A DNA stretch of 64,000 nt from Burkholderiales bacterium (GTDB lineage: Bacteria > Pseudomonadota > Gammaproteobacteria > Burkholderiales > SG8-39), in assembly GCA_035624675.1 (NCBI GenBank), contig DASPRB010000105.1, positions 24,248-88,247 of the forward strand, given 5' to 3'. Position 1 is the stretch's first letter; each line of letters opens with the position of its first letter. This document shows, one piece after another, positions 30,572 through 40,894 of this stretch. The notes beneath the pieces are model-generated. The model ran no database searches. It was not told the origin of the DNA and saw nothing but the letters and a program-made list of their open reading frames with translations. Position numbers and translations under genes: made by a program.

Positions 30572-31504
30572 TTACGGGAAGAACAGAAACAGCCGGAAGC
30601 CGGTCGCGTGTACGCGCGCGGTGTCGAAGCGCACGCGAACGCTGACGTCCCCTCCCGGGGCGACGCCGCGGGCCAGCAGCTGCCCGAGGCGCGCTGCGTC
30701 GAGGTAATCCGAAGGTTTGAGTACACGGCGCGCGACCGCCTGGTCGTTTTCGTCTGTGAGAGTCAACTCGAGCGAGGGGTATTCCTGCGCGAACGCGGCG
30801 CGATTGCGGATTACGGCGTTCAGCACGATGACGTTCGCATGTCCCGGATCGGCCTGCAGATCGGACGACTCGATGCTCATCAGATCCGAGTGGTGCGGCA
30901 GCCGCAGCCGGCAGCCGAGGACCTCGCAGGCTTCGGCGAGCTGCGGCCTGGCAGCCGGTAGAGCAAGGGCAATGTCGTCCCGGAAATAGAGCGCGAGCTG
31001 ACCGGCGAGCGCGACCAGTGAGATGGTTCCGAGCAGCGCCCACAGCACGGTAAAGCGTCGCGGCGGCACATCGTCCTCGAGGAACTCCGGCTGCGCCAGA
31101 GGCTCGCTGCGAACAGGGCGCGGGGCTAGGGGCGGCGGCGCGGGGCGCACGGGACGCTCGGGGCGCGGGAGACTTTCGGGACGGGGCGCTATGGGCGCCG
31201 CGGGCGGTGCGGGGCGCGCGGGGGCCGGCGGCGGACGGCTCGCGGCGGGCGCTACGGCGCTCAGGTCGAGGTTCAGGGTGATATCCGGACTGGCGGTCGC
31301 AGCGCGACGCGAGGGATCGAACAGTCCGAGTTGCGGCGAAGGCTCGAGCAGGGCCGGCCCCCCTTGCTCGCCAACGAGACAGGACACCGCATCGAACACA
31401 GCCGAACATTTGCCGCAACGCACTCTGCCGCTGCGCGCCACCAGCTGCGCGGGCTGGACGCGGAACGCCGTGCCGCAGGTCGGGCAACGCGTGATGAGGC
31501 TCAC
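30572..31504 (-). CDS. zinc-ribbon (MJ0042-type) + DUF3426 membrane protein
   Basis: 310 aa. The GTG at 31504 overlaps the prmA stop (GTGA). The N-terminal zinc ribbon is SLITRCPTCGTAFRV...RVRCGKCSAVFDA. This is followed by a long Pro/Ala-rich linker, one TM segment (TVLWALLGTISLVALAGQLAL) and a DUF3426-like C-domain. Confidence 0.8.
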   Translation of the reverse strand: MSLITRCPTCGTAFRVQPAQLVARSGRVRCGKCSAVFDAVSCLVGEQGGPALLEPSPQLGLFDPSRRAATASPDITLNLDLSAVAPAASRPPPAPARPAPPAAPIAPRPESLPRPERPVRPAPPPLAPRPVRSEPLAQPEFLEDDVPPRRFTVLWALLGTISLVALAGQLALYFRDDIALALPAARPQLAEACEVLGCRLRLPHHSDLMSIESSDLQADPGHANVIVLNAVIRNRAAFAQEYPSLELTLTDENDQAVARRVLKPSDYLDAARLGQLLARGVAPGGDVSVRVRFDTARVHATGFRLFLFFP

Positions 31505-32394
31505 GCGCGCGCCCCCTCGAGGAGCGCCCAGCCTTCCTCCACTCGTGTCACGTCCAGCTCGATTGCAGGACGGTAGGCTGCGGCCACATCCCCTGCTTGC
31601 GCGGCGAGAATCCCGGAAAGCGCGAGCCGGCCGCGCGAGCGGACGCGTGCCGTGAGCGCGGGCGCAAGCAGGATGAGCGGATTGGCGAGTATGTTGGCCA
31701 CCACCACGTCGTAGTCGCCTGGCGGCAGCGCCTCCGGAGTCGAGCCGCGCACGCTGACGTGATTCGCACGCGCATTGTCCCGGGTCGCGTCGAGTGCCCG
31801 GGGATCGAGGTCTACCGCATCGACCTCGGCCGCTCCCAGTTTCGCAGCGGCGATCGCCAATATACCGGAACCGCACCCATAGTCCAGCACGCGCTCGCCG
31901 CCGTGCAGCGAGCGCTCGAGAAAGTGCAGCGCCAGCCGAGTGCTGGGATGTGTTCCGGTGCCGAACGCCATGCCGGGATCAAGGCGCACGACCGCGGCGC
32001 TTGCATCGGGTGGTTCGCACCACGTCGGGACGATCCACAGGCGATCGCCGATCGGCACCGGCACGAACTGCGACTGCGTGCGGCGCACCCAGTCGTCGTC
32101 CTCGACGCGCGCGACACGAAACGCGGGCGGTGTCTCGAGCCCCGCGGCGCGCGCGCATTCGATCACGAGCTCGAGCAAGTTCGCTTCGAGAGGCAGTAGT
32201 GCGACGACGCGGCTGTGAGGCCAGGCACTGGCTGCGCTGTTCCACGATGGCTCGGCAAAACGCGCGACTTCGTGCGCCGTACCCTCGTCGGCATCCTCGA
32301 GGCTCACGGATTGCGCGCCGTGTGCCAGCAAAGCGTCGGACAACGCCTCGGCCGCGGCCTCCTCGACCTCAAGCGTGAGCGACAGCCAAGGCAT
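31501..32394 (-). CDS. prmA: ribosomal protein L11 methyltransferase
   Basis: 297 aa. It carries the SAM motif VLDYGCGSGILAIAAAKLGA and lies downstream of accBC, the usual arrangement. Confidence 0.93.
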   Translation of the reverse strand: MPWLSLTLEVEEAAAEALSDALLAHGAQSVSLEDADEGTAHEVARFAEPSWNSAASAWPHSRVVALLPLEANLLELVIECARAAGLETPPAFRVARVEDDDWVRRTQSQFVPVPIGDRLWIVPTWCEPPDASAAVVRLDPGMAFGTGTHPSTRLALHFLERSLHGGERVLDYGCGSGILAIAAAKLGAAEVDAVDLDPRALDATRDNARANHVSVRGSTPEALPPGDYDVVVANILANPLILLAPALTARVRSRGRLALSGILAAQAGDVAAAYRPAIELDVTRVEEGWALLEGARA

Positions 32395-32398
32395 CGCC

Positions 32399-33760
32399 TT
32401 ATTTGCCCTTTGGCTTTTGCTCCTGTGCGAGCTTTTGTTCCAGGTAATGGATGGAGACGCCTCCGCGCACGAAGCGGATGTCGTTCAGCAACTCGAGCTG
32501 CAGCGGGATATTGGTCTGGATGCCCTCCACCACCATCTCCGAGAGTGCCACGCGCATGCGCCGGATTGCCTGCTCGCGCGTCGCTCCGTACGCAATCACC
32601 TTGCCGACCATGGAGTCGTAGTTGGGCGGCACGGTGTAGCCCTGGTAGACGTGCGAATCGACTCGGATGCCGGGCCCTCCCGGCGGGTGGTATGAGGTAA
32701 TGCGGCCTGGCGACGGCGTGAAACGGTAAGGATCTTCGGCATTGATACGGCACTCGATCGCATGGCCGCGCAGATGGATGTCCTTCTGGCGGAAGGGGAG
32801 CTTCTCGCCGGCGGCGATACGGATCTGAGCCTGCACGATGTCGATGCCCGTGATCATCTCGGTGACCGGGTGCTCGACCTGGATGCGCGTATTCATCTCG
32901 ATGAAAAAGAACTCGCCATCCTCGTACAGGAACTCGAACGTACCGGCGCCGCGGTACCCGATCTTGCGGCAAGCCTCGACGCAGCGTTCGCCGATTTTGT
33001 CGCGCAACTTGGCCGGCAGCTCGGGCGCGGGCGCCTCCTCGACGATCTTCTGGTGGCGGCGCTGCAACGAACAGTCGCGCTCGCCGAGGTATACCACTCC
33101 CTTGTGGGTGTCTGCGAGCACCTGGATCTCGATGTGGCGCGGATTCTCCAGGTATTTCTCGAGATACACCGTTGGATTGGAGAACGCCGCCTGCGCCTCG
33201 CTGCGCGTCATGGTCACGGCGTTGAGAAGCGCGGCTTCGGTATGCACGACGCGCATGCCGCGCCCGCCGCCGCCACCGGATGCCTTGATGATCACCGGAT
33301 AGCCGATCTTGCGCGCGACGCGGACGATCTCCTTGGGGTCCTCGGGCAGGGACCCCTCGGAGCCAGGCACGCAAGGGACACCGGCCTTGCGCATCGCTTC
33401 CTTCGCGCTCACCTTGTCGCCCATTAGGCGGATGTTGTCCGGACGCGGGCCGATGAAGACGAAACCTGAACGCTCGACTTTGTCGGCGAAGTCGGCGTTT
33501 TCCGATAGGAAGCCATAGCCGGGATGGATCGCCTCCGCATCGGTCACCTCGGCCGCGCTGATGATGGCGGGAATGTTCAGGTAGCTCTGCGAGGCGGGCG
33601 GCGGCCCGATGCACACCGACTCGTCGGCGAGCTTGACGTACTTCGCTTCGGTGTCTGCCTCCGAATGCACGACCACCGTCCGTATGCCGAGCTCGCGGCA
33701 GGCACGCTGGATGCGAAGCGCGATCTCGCCGCGGTTGGCGATCAGGATCTTTTCGAACAT
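32399..33760 (-). CDS. accC: acetyl-CoA carboxylase biotin carboxylase subunit
   Basis: 453 aa. The N-terminus is [17 protein letters not shown] and ATP-grasp motifs are present throughout. Confidence 0.97.
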   Translation of the reverse strand: MFEKILIANRGEIALRIQRACRELGIRTVVVHSEADTEAKYVKLADESVCIGPPPASQSYLNIPAIISAAEVTDAEAIHPGYGFLSENADFADKVERSGFVFIGPRPDNIRLMGDKVSAKEAMRKAGVPCVPGSEGSLPEDPKEIVRVARKIGYPVIIKASGGGGGRGMRVVHTEAALLNAVTMTRSEAQAAFSNPTVYLEKYLENPRHIEIQVLADTHKGVVYLGERDCSLQRRHQKIVEEAPAPELPAKLRDKIGERCVEACRKIGYRGAGTFEFLYEDGEFFFIEMNTRIQVEHPVTEMITGIDIVQAQIRIAAGEKLPFRQKDIHLRGHAIECRINAEDPYRFTPSPGRITSYHPPGGPGIRVDSHVYQGYTVPPNYDSMVGKVIAYGATREQAIRRMRVALSEMVVEGIQTNIPLQLELLNDIRFVRGGVSIHYLEQKLAQEQKPKGK

Positions 33761-34216
33761 TTAGCCGATGACGAACAGGGGCTGGCCGTATTCGACCGGC
33801 TGGCCGTTTTCGACCAGGATCGCTTTGACCGTGCCCGAGGCGTCCGCCTCGATCTCGTTCATGAGCTTCATCGCCTCGACGATGCAGATCGTCTGACCCT
33901 CCTTGACGACTTCCCCGACTTCGACGAAGGGCTTGGCGTCGGGTGAGGCAGCTCGGTAGAACGTGCCCACCATCGGCGATTTCACTACGTGCCCCTCTGG
34001 CGAGGGCTCGGCGGCGGGGCCCGCCGCGGCTGCGGGCTTCACCTCGGGCGGCGGTGCAACGAGTGGGGAGGGCGCCGGAGCGCTCGCTGCGGGGGTTAGC
34101 GTGATGCCCCCTCCCTTCACGATCTTGACCTTCTCCTCTCCTTCCGTGATCTCGAGTTCGGCGATGCCGGATTCCTCGACGAGATCGATCAGCTTCTTGA
34201 GCTTGCGTAAGTCCAT
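33761..34216 (-). CDS. accB: acetyl-CoA carboxylase biotin carboxyl carrier protein
   Basis: 151 aa from the internal ATG at 34216 ([16 protein letters not shown]). It has an Ala/Pro linker and the biotinylation motif [11 protein letters not shown]. Confidence 0.95.
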   Translation of the reverse strand: MDLRKLKKLIDLVEESGIAELEITEGEEKVKIVKGGGITLTPAASAPAPSPLVAPPPEVKPAAAAGPAAEPSPEGHVVKSPMVGTFYRAASPDAKPFVEVGEVVKEGQTICIVEAMKLMNEIEADASGTVKAILVENGQPVEYGQPLFVIG

Positions 34217-34266
34217 GACTGGGCCCCCTGAGAGGTCGGTTCGCCACACGGCCGCAGGAGCGGTCG

Positions 34267-34743
34267 CTAGCTTCCGCCTTTCCCGGATAGACGGCTGAGG
34301 GCGTACCCCAGCGCGAAGTCGTAGCCGCGGCTTCCAAGACCACAAATGGTTCCGACGGCAGCATCGGAGAAGTACGAGTGCCGCCGGAACGCCTCGCGGG
34401 CGTGTACGTTCGACAAGTGCACCTCAATGAAAGGGATTTTCGCCGCCAGCAGAGCGTCGCGCAGCGCGACGCTCGTATGCGTGTAGCCAGCCGGATTAAT
34501 GATGATGAACCGGATGCCCTCATCCCTCGCTTGGTGGATGCGATCGATAAGCGCCCCCTCGTGGTTGCTCTGGAAAGACGCCACGACCATCCCCTGCGAG
34601 TGCGCAGCGGCCTTCAACCGGCGGTCGATGTCGGCAAGGGTCTCGCGTCCGTAGAGTTCCGGCTCGCGCGAGCCGAGCAGGTTTAGATTCGGTCCGTGAA
34701 GCACCAGCACGGATCCCGATAAGGATTTGCGCTTTGTTGGCAT
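34267..34743 (-). CDS. aroQ: type II 3-dehydroquinate dehydratase
   Basis: 158 aa from the ATG at 34743, with [20 protein letters not shown] and [12 protein letters not shown]. Confidence 0.94.
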   Translation of the reverse strand: MPTKRKSLSGSVLVLHGPNLNLLGSREPELYGRETLADIDRRLKAAAHSQGMVVASFQSNHEGALIDRIHQARDEGIRFIIINPAGYTHTSVALRDALLAAKIPFIEVHLSNVHAREAFRRHSYFSDAAVGTICGLGSRGYDFALGYALSRLSGKGGS

Positions 34744-34814
34744 TTTCGCAGCAGAACGCTGCATTTTATCGGAATTTCGGCCGTAGTATCCGCTCTGACG
34801 ATGGCCCGGCGCCG

Positions 34815-35342
34815 CTAGCCTTCGAACAACTTTACCAAGTTAGCTTCGAGATCGGGGACATGCAGCATCCCGAGCTTGTGGCCTACAAGGGACCCCGCGC
34901 GGTCAATAAACAAAGTATAGGGCAGTCCGCCCGTAGGGTTGCCGAGCTGTGCCAGCAGCCCGATCGCCGAGGGGTCGCTGATGACGATCGGGTAGCTGAT
35001 CCGAACGGATTTCGTGAATTCGGCGACGTTCGTCGCAGAATCCAAGGCGATTCCCAGGATTTCGCCACCTTTCGAAACAATTTTCTCGTGGCTCGCATCC
35101 AGGAGCGGGATCTCCTGCCGGCAAGGTGGACACCACGTCGCCCAGAAGTTGCAGACGAGCGGTCTGCCCTTCCATTCGGCGATGTGCCGCGCCCGTCCAT
35201 CCAGGTCCACGAAGGACGCGCCATCGAGCACCGCGAGCGGGGCCTCGGAACGTAGCAGGCGGGGCCCGAAGATCGCCCCTGCCAATGCTGCAGCGATCCC
35301 CACCCCTCCCAGGATCAGCGCGTCACGGCGTCTGATGGTCAT
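34815..35342 (-). CDS. TlpA-family thiol:disulfide oxidoreductase
   Basis: 175 aa with an N-terminal anchor ([20 protein letters not shown]) and the thioredoxin motif [15 protein letters not shown]. Confidence 0.88.
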   Translation of the reverse strand: MTIRRRDALILGGVGIAAALAGAIFGPRLLRSEAPLAVLDGASFVDLDGRARHIAEWKGRPLVCNFWATWCPPCRQEIPLLDASHEKIVSKGGEILGIALDSATNVAEFTKSVRISYPIVISDPSAIGLLAQLGNPTGGLPYTLFIDRAGSLVGHKLGMLHVPDLEANLVKLFEG

Positions 35343-35964
35343 TGGTACCGGGTTGCTGCGTCGCCTGCGCGATCAAGGCCCCAACCTCCGGGATCCCTGC
35401 CCGGTCCATCACGCGCCCGGCCTGTGAGGTCTTGAGCGCCAGGCGCTCGTCGCGCGCATCGAACACCGTCAGTTTAAGGGGCGTACCGCTCCAATTGAGC
35501 GACAGGACCGTGACGGCCCGCGCGCGGTCGCCCGAGTATCGCCTTCCTTCGGAAGTCGCGTAGGCGATGCCCCGGTCGAGCAAGAAGATCTCCACCTCCT
35601 TCGCGCTCTCCGGGAACAGTTGCAGGTCGATTTCGGCGTACCGCCCCGCGATGCCGCGCAGCACGGGTCCCGTCAGGTACGGATTGAAACGCTCGAGTGC
35701 TCGCATCGCGTCGAGTGCCACGCGGCGCAGCTCGGCGATGCGCTCCGGATGTTCCTGGGCCTGATACAACGCGCGGTAGGCGCGCAGCTCGGCTTCAATT
35801 TCGTCGTTGGCGGGAAGGGCCTGGCTCTCGCTCGCGCCAAGCTGCCTGGCGGCCTTGCGCTTGGCGAGCGCAAAGTCGTCAATGCCATCCTCGGCCATGA
35901 TGCGTGCCGCCACAGCGGCAATCCGGGCACGGGTACCATTGTGCCGCGATATTTTGCGGCTCAT
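35323..35964 (-). CDS. conserved-looking hypothetical protein (no family assigned)
   Basis: 213 aa from the ATG at 35964 (MSRKISRHNGTRARIAAVAARIMAEDGIDDFALAKRKAARQLG...). Codon usage is coding-like. Its 3' end overlaps the tlpA start by 20 nt. The N-terminus is weakly HTH-like. Confidence 0.55.
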   Translation of the reverse strand: MSRKISRHNGTRARIAAVAARIMAEDGIDDFALAKRKAARQLGASESQALPANDEIEAELRAYRALYQAQEHPERIAELRRVALDAMRALERFNPYLTGPVLRGIAGRYAEIDLQLFPESAKEVEIFLLDRGIAYATSEGRRYSGDRARAVTVLSLNWSGTPLKLTVFDARDERLALKTSQAGRVMDRAGIPEVGALIAQATQQPGTNDHQTP

Positions 35965-36079
35965 TGCAGCGCCTCGTCTGGTTGCGGGAGGGGCGCGCGA
36001 GCGCTTCCGATCGGCCGCATCATAGCGCACGTCAGCCCGGCGGCATCGCGTAGAATCTGCCGCTTTTCGCGGCAGTCTG

Positions 36080-37447
36080 ATGGCCCATCACGTTCATATC
36101 CTCGGCATTTGCGGCACCTTCATGGGTGGCGTGGCCGCGATCGCCAAGAGCGCCGGTTTTCGCGTGACTGGTTGCGACGCCAATGTGTACCCGCCCATGA
36201 GCGACCAGCTCACCAGCCTGGGAATCGAGTTGATCGAGGGCTTTGACGCCGACCAGATCGCGCTCGCGCCTGACGTCTGGGTAGTCGGAAACGTCGTGAC
36301 GCGGGGCAATCCCCTGATGGAGGTCATTCTGGACCGCGGCGAACGGTATACGTCGGGGCCCCAGTGGCTGGCGGACCACGTACTGAGCGATAAGTGGGTG
36401 ATTGCTATCGCTGGAACACACGGAAAGACAACGGTCTCCTCGATGGTTACGTGCATCCTGGAGCGCGCCGGCCAAGCCCCAGGGTTCCTCGTAGGCGGTG
36501 TCCCGAAGGACTTCAACTGCTCCGCCAGGCTGACGGGCGGCCGGCGCTTCATAATCGAAGCCGACGAATACGATACGGCGTTCTTCGACAAGCGATCCAA
36601 ATTCGTCCACTACCGCGCGCGGACCGCCGTCCTCAATAACCTGGAGTTCGATCATGCGGACATCTTCGGCGATCTTGCCGATATCGAGCGGCAATTTCAC
36701 CATTTCGTACGAACCGTACCGCGATCCGGTCTGATCGTCGCAAACGGGCGGGATTCCGCGCTGCAGCGGGTGCTCGCGATGGGCTGCTGGACACCGGTCG
36801 AGCTGTTCGGCAGCGAGGCCGGCTGGTCCGCGGGCGAGCCGGACTCGGACGGAGGCTTCGAAGTCGGCTGGCTGGGAGCATCGGTTGGCCGCATCGCCTG
36901 GACCCAGTTCGGCGAGCACAACCGCTCGAACGCACTTGCCGCGCTGGCTGCCGCGCGCCACGCTGGCGTTTCGCCCGAGGTGGCGATCGCTGCGCTGAAC
37001 TCCTTCGCTGGGGTGCGTCGGCGCATGGAACTTCTGGGCGTGGCGCGCGGCGTTACCGTCTACGACGACTTTGCTCACCACCCGACCGCAATTCGCACCA
37101 CCCTGGAAGGGCTGCGTAGACGAGTCGGCGCGGCGCGCATCATCGCGGTGCTGGAGCCGCGATCCAATACGATGAAGCGCGGGGTAATGAAGGATGCGCT
37201 GGCCGCGAGCCTCGCCGGCGCGGACCGAGTGTTCGTTTACGACGCGCAACTGGGGTGGAATGCGCCAGAGGCGCTCGCGGCGCTCGGCGACCGCTTGCGC
37301 TGCATAGACGATATCGACCGGCTTTCGCTTGCCATTGCCGCCGAGGCGCGCGACAGCGACCACGTGCTCATCATGTCCAACGGCGGGTTCGGCGGTTTGC
37401 ACGGCAAGTTGCTCCATCGGCTTGCCCACGGCCCCGTGGCCCGATGA
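36080..37447 (+). CDS. mpl: UDP-N-acetylmuramate:L-alanyl-gamma-D-glutamyl-meso-DAP ligase
   Basis: 455 aa. The N-terminus HVHILGICGTFMGGVAAIAKSAGFRVTGCD is followed by the Mur ligase P-loop AIAGTHGKTT. Confidence 0.93.
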   Translation: MAHHVHILGICGTFMGGVAAIAKSAGFRVTGCDANVYPPMSDQLTSLGIELIEGFDADQIALAPDVWVVGNVVTRGNPLMEVILDRGERYTSGPQWLADHVLSDKWVIAIAGTHGKTTVSSMVTCILERAGQAPGFLVGGVPKDFNCSARLTGGRRFIIEADEYDTAFFDKRSKFVHYRARTAVLNNLEFDHADIFGDLADIERQFHHFVRTVPRSGLIVANGRDSALQRVLAMGCWTPVELFGSEAGWSAGEPDSDGGFEVGWLGASVGRIAWTQFGEHNRSNALAALAAARHAGVSPEVAIAALNSFAGVRRRMELLGVARGVTVYDDFAHHPTAIRTTLEGLRRRVGAARIIAVLEPRSNTMKRGVMKDALAASLAGADRVFVYDAQLGWNAPEALAALGDRLRCIDDIDRLSLAIAAEARDSDHVLIMSNGGFGGLHGKLLHRLAHGPVAR

Positions 37448-38016
37448 TCGTCTACCTGCACGGTTTTAACAGCTCGCCCGCCTCCCACAAGGCACGCGCT
37501 CTCGCCGCTGCAATGGAGGTGCGCGGGTTGGGAGCTGAGCTCGTCTGTCCGGCGCTGCCGCACGGGCCACAGGCTGCGGTGCGGGTCATCGAAGGCGAAC
37601 TCGCCCGCCTCCGCGCGCGCCGCGTGACGCTCGTCGGGAGCTCGCTCGGAGGCTACTACGCCACGTATTTCGCGGAGAAGAACGATCTGCGCGCGGTGCT
37701 GATCAATCCGGCGATCACCCCGTACGTCGGACTGGAAGCGTACCTCGGCCCGCAGCAAAACCTGTATACGGGCGAGCGCTACGAGCTTACGCGCGCCGAC
37801 CTCGGCGGATGGCGCGCGCTGGCCATAGAGCGCGTCGACCCGGAGCGCTACCTCTTGATGCTCGAAACAGGCGACGAAGTGCTCGACTGGCGCGCCGCCG
37901 CGCGCAAGTACGAGGGAGCCCGCAGCGTGATCCGCGACGGCGGCGATCACACGCTGCGCAGCTTCCCAGAGCATATCGACCGCGTCCTGGCTTTCGCCGG
38001 GCTGGCGCCGCGCTAG
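37444..38016 (+). CDS. YqiA/YcfP-family alpha/beta-hydrolase (esterase)
   Basis: 190 aa. The ATG overlaps the mpl stop (ATGA). The N-terminus is MIVYLHGFNSSPASHKA and the nucleophile elbow is GSSLGG. Confidence 0.85.
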   Translation: MIVYLHGFNSSPASHKARALAAAMEVRGLGAELVCPALPHGPQAAVRVIEGELARLRARRVTLVGSSLGGYYATYFAEKNDLRAVLINPAITPYVGLEAYLGPQQNLYTGERYELTRADLGGWRALAIERVDPERYLLMLETGDEVLDWRAAARKYEGARSVIRDGGDHTLRSFPEHIDRVLAFAGLAPR

Positions 38017-38061
38017 CGTGCGGCCGCGCTTTATATAATCCGCGTTTGAGATGCGGGTCCC

Positions 38062-39945
38062 ATGCACGTCTTGTACGAAGAGGACGGCGAGTTCAAGGTC
38101 GGCGCAGTACTTGCCCAGGCGCCGGCGTCCTATCAGATCGAAAGCCCTCACGGGCGTCGCGCAAAGATCAAGGCCGCGAACGTCCTGATGAGTTTCGAAC
38201 GTCCCCAGGGTGCGGAACTCGTCGCGCAAGGGCGGGACTTCGCCGAGGGGCTCGACACGGAGTTTCTGTGGCAGTGCTGCGGAAGCGCCGAGTTCGACTT
38301 CAGGCAGCTTGCGCGCGACTATGTCGGTCGCGAGCCCAGTCCCGTCGAGGCTGCGGGCGTGCTGTTCAAGCTGCATGCAGCACCCGTGTACTTTCACCGG
38401 CGCGGGCACGGACGTTATCAGGCCGCCAGCGCCGAGGCGCTGGAGCGCGCCCTCGCAGGGCTGGAAAAGAAGCGGCGCACCCTGGAACGCATCGCCGACT
38501 GGCGGATGCGCCTTGTGCGCTTCGAGTGCCCGCCGGAGATCGAGGCACTGCGCGAGGAGCTGCTGTACGCGCCCGATCGAAACAAACCGGAAACGAAAGC
38601 GTTCGAGCAGGCCTGCGAAGACACGGGCCTTGCTCCGGCGCGCCTGTTCGAGCGCTGCGGCCTCCTGTCCGATAGCCATGACTTCCACCTGAATCGCTTC
38701 CTGTTCGAGTTCTTCCCGCGGGGCACGCGCTTCCCCGAGCACGACACTCCGCCCCCGCCGCAGGACCTGCCGCTCGCCGCGGCGCAGGCCTTCAGCCTGG
38801 ACGACGTCGGCACCACGGAAATCGACGACGCATTCTCGGTGAGCCGCGTGACGGACGATGAATTCCGCGTCGGCATTCACATCGCCGCGCCGTCGCTCGG
38901 CATCGCGCCGGGATCGCCGCTCGACGGGCTGGCGCGCGGTCGACTTTCGACTGCTTACATGCCGGGCACGAAGTACACCATGCTGCCGCAGGACGTGATC
39001 GACGGCTACTCGCTCGACGCCGGCCACGTACGCCCCGCGTTCTCCCTGTATCTGAACGTGTCATCGCGGGACTTTTCGCTGCGCGGCCATCACTCGCGCG
39101 TGGAGCAAGTGCGCATCGCCGCCAACCTGCGTCACGCCGAGTATCGGTCGCTGAACGAGACGCTCCCGTCGGGCGCCCGGACGGGAAAGGCCTTCGAGGA
39201 GGAGCTGCACACGCTTTGGCGCTTTGCCTGTGCACTCGAAGACAGGCGCGGCAAACCGAGCGTCAATGCCGGCATGGTCGACTACGTGTTCCGCATCGCC
39301 GACGGGCGCGTCGGCGTCGAGCAGCGCCTGCGCGGCGCGCCTCTCGACAAGCTGGTGTCCGAGCTGATGATCGTGGCCAACACGACCTGGGGAGAGCTGC
39401 TTGCCGAGCGCGACGTGGCCGCGATCTATCGAGTGCAGTCGTCGGGCAAGGTCCGCATGAGCACCTATCCCGAAGCGCACGAGGGACTCGGCGTATCGTG
39501 CTATGCGTGGATGAGCTCTCCGCTGCGGCGCTACGTCGATCTGCTCAACCAGTGGCAGCTCGGCGCGTCGATCGCCGGTCGCCGTGCTCCGTTCGCGCGC
39601 AACTCGGAGACGCTGCTGAGCGCAATGCGCGCCTTCGAGGTCACGCACGCGCGCTTCGACGAGCATCAGCGAGCCATGGAGACTTACTGGAGTCTGCGCT
39701 GGCTCCTTCAGGAAGAGCTGACGTACGCAGACGCGGTCGTGCTGCGCGAAGGCTTGGTGCGCCTCGAGGGATTGCCGCTCACTGTACGCGTGCCTTCGCT
39801 GCCGTCGCTCGAGCCGGGCGTGCGCGTGCGCCTGGAGCTGGGCGAGATCGATCTCTTCGAGCGCAGCCTCGCCTGCGTGTACCGCGAGACGCTGGCGAGC
39901 AACGGCGGGTCGGGCGCCCCGGCTGCGCTGCAAGAGAGCCAGTAG
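38062..39945 (+). CDS. RNB-domain 3'-5' exoribonuclease (RNase II family)
   Basis: 627 aa. The RNB catalytic region contains DDVGTTEIDDAFSV and SSPLRRYVDLLNQWQL. Confidence 0.85.
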   Translation: MHVLYEEDGEFKVGAVLAQAPASYQIESPHGRRAKIKAANVLMSFERPQGAELVAQGRDFAEGLDTEFLWQCCGSAEFDFRQLARDYVGREPSPVEAAGVLFKLHAAPVYFHRRGHGRYQAASAEALERALAGLEKKRRTLERIADWRMRLVRFECPPEIEALREELLYAPDRNKPETKAFEQACEDTGLAPARLFERCGLLSDSHDFHLNRFLFEFFPRGTRFPEHDTPPPPQDLPLAAAQAFSLDDVGTTEIDDAFSVSRVTDDEFRVGIHIAAPSLGIAPGSPLDGLARGRLSTAYMPGTKYTMLPQDVIDGYSLDAGHVRPAFSLYLNVSSRDFSLRGHHSRVEQVRIAANLRHAEYRSLNETLPSGARTGKAFEEELHTLWRFACALEDRRGKPSVNAGMVDYVFRIADGRVGVEQRLRGAPLDKLVSELMIVANTTWGELLAERDVAAIYRVQSSGKVRMSTYPEAHEGLGVSCYAWMSSPLRRYVDLLNQWQLGASIAGRRAPFARNSETLLSAMRAFEVTHARFDEHQRAMETYWSLRWLLQEELTYADAVVLREGLVRLEGLPLTVRVPSLPSLEPGVRVRLELGEIDLFERSLACVYRETLASNGGSGAPAALQESQ

Positions 39946-39952
39946 CCATAGA

Positions 39953-40891
39953 ATGGCGCCAAGTCGACGTCGTGAGGGCAACTTGCAGGCAGCGATCGCG
40001 AGAGGTGGTTTCCGGCCGCCGGATTTCTGGCTGAGGAGCGATCCGCAAACGCGGGTGCTGTACGTATCGGTCGGGATCTCGGTGTTGCTGCATGGCATCG
40101 TGCTCGCGACGCACTTCAGCTTCCCGGAATCGCTTAGCTGGCGATCGGCCAACGAGCCGCTCGAAGTGGCGCTGGTCAATGCAAAGACTCGGGAAAAGCC
40201 GGTTCAGGCCGACGTGCTGGCGCAGGCCAACCTCGACCGCGGCGGCAATACCGAGCAGGATCGGCACGCGAGGACCTCGCTCCCAGAGACCTCGCCGCGG
40301 CATCCTGGCAAAGACCTCGCGGCGGCCCAGCGTCGCCAGCGTCAGCTCGAGCTCCAGCAGCGGCGTTTGCTCGCCGAGGCGCACAAGCAACGCGTCGAGA
40401 CCCCGACCACCGAGCGGCGCGCGCCCGCCAACGATCCGACGCCCCAGGTATCGGGACGCGATCTCGCCGATTTGTCGCTCGCCGCGATGAAGCTGCAGGC
40501 GCAGATCGACCGGCGAATCGAGGAATACGAGAAGCGTCCGCGCAAGCACTTCATCGGGGCGCGCGCGACCGAGTACCGGTTCGCGCAGTACGAGGAAGAC
40601 TGGCGTCAGAAGATCGAACGGATCGGCACGCTCAATTATCCGGCCGAGGCGCGCGGCAAGCTGTACGGCAATCTCCGCCTCACGGTGACGATCCGGCCCG
40701 ACGGCAGCGTCGATTCGGTCGAGCTCGACCGATCCTCGGGACTGAAGGCGCTGGATCAGGCTGCCTTCAAGATCGTGCGCATGGCCTCGCCCTTCGCGCC
40801 GTTTCCGCCAGACATTCGCAAGGACACCGACTTGCTCGTCATCACCCGCACCTGGTTTTTCGGGCAGGGCGACAAGATCTGGACCGAATAG
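39953..40891 (+). CDS. TonB C-terminal-domain protein
   Basis: 312 aa with one N-terminal TM segment (VLYVSVGISVLLHGIVLA) and a C-terminal TonB-type domain (YPAEARGKLYGNLRLTVTIRPDGSVDSVELDRSSGLKALDQAAFKIV). The start is not verified. Confidence 0.75.
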   Translation: MAPSRRREGNLQAAIARGGFRPPDFWLRSDPQTRVLYVSVGISVLLHGIVLATHFSFPESLSWRSANEPLEVALVNAKTREKPVQADVLAQANLDRGGNTEQDRHARTSLPETSPRHPGKDLAAAQRRQRQLELQQRRLLAEAHKQRVETPTTERRAPANDPTPQVSGRDLADLSLAAMKLQAQIDRRIEEYEKRPRKHFIGARATEYRFAQYEEDWRQKIERIGTLNYPAEARGKLYGNLRLTVTIRPDGSVDSVELDRSSGLKALDQAAFKIVRMASPFAPFPPDIRKDTDLLVITRTWFFGQGDKIWTE

Positions 40892-40894
40892 CGC

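Noticed and set aside
36051-36075. TAGAAT followed by hairpin CTGCCGC-TTTTC-GCGGCAG just upstream of the mpl ATG
   Set aside because: If TAGAAT is the -10 element, the TSS falls inside the hairpin, so the two readings conflict. It is too small to interpret.
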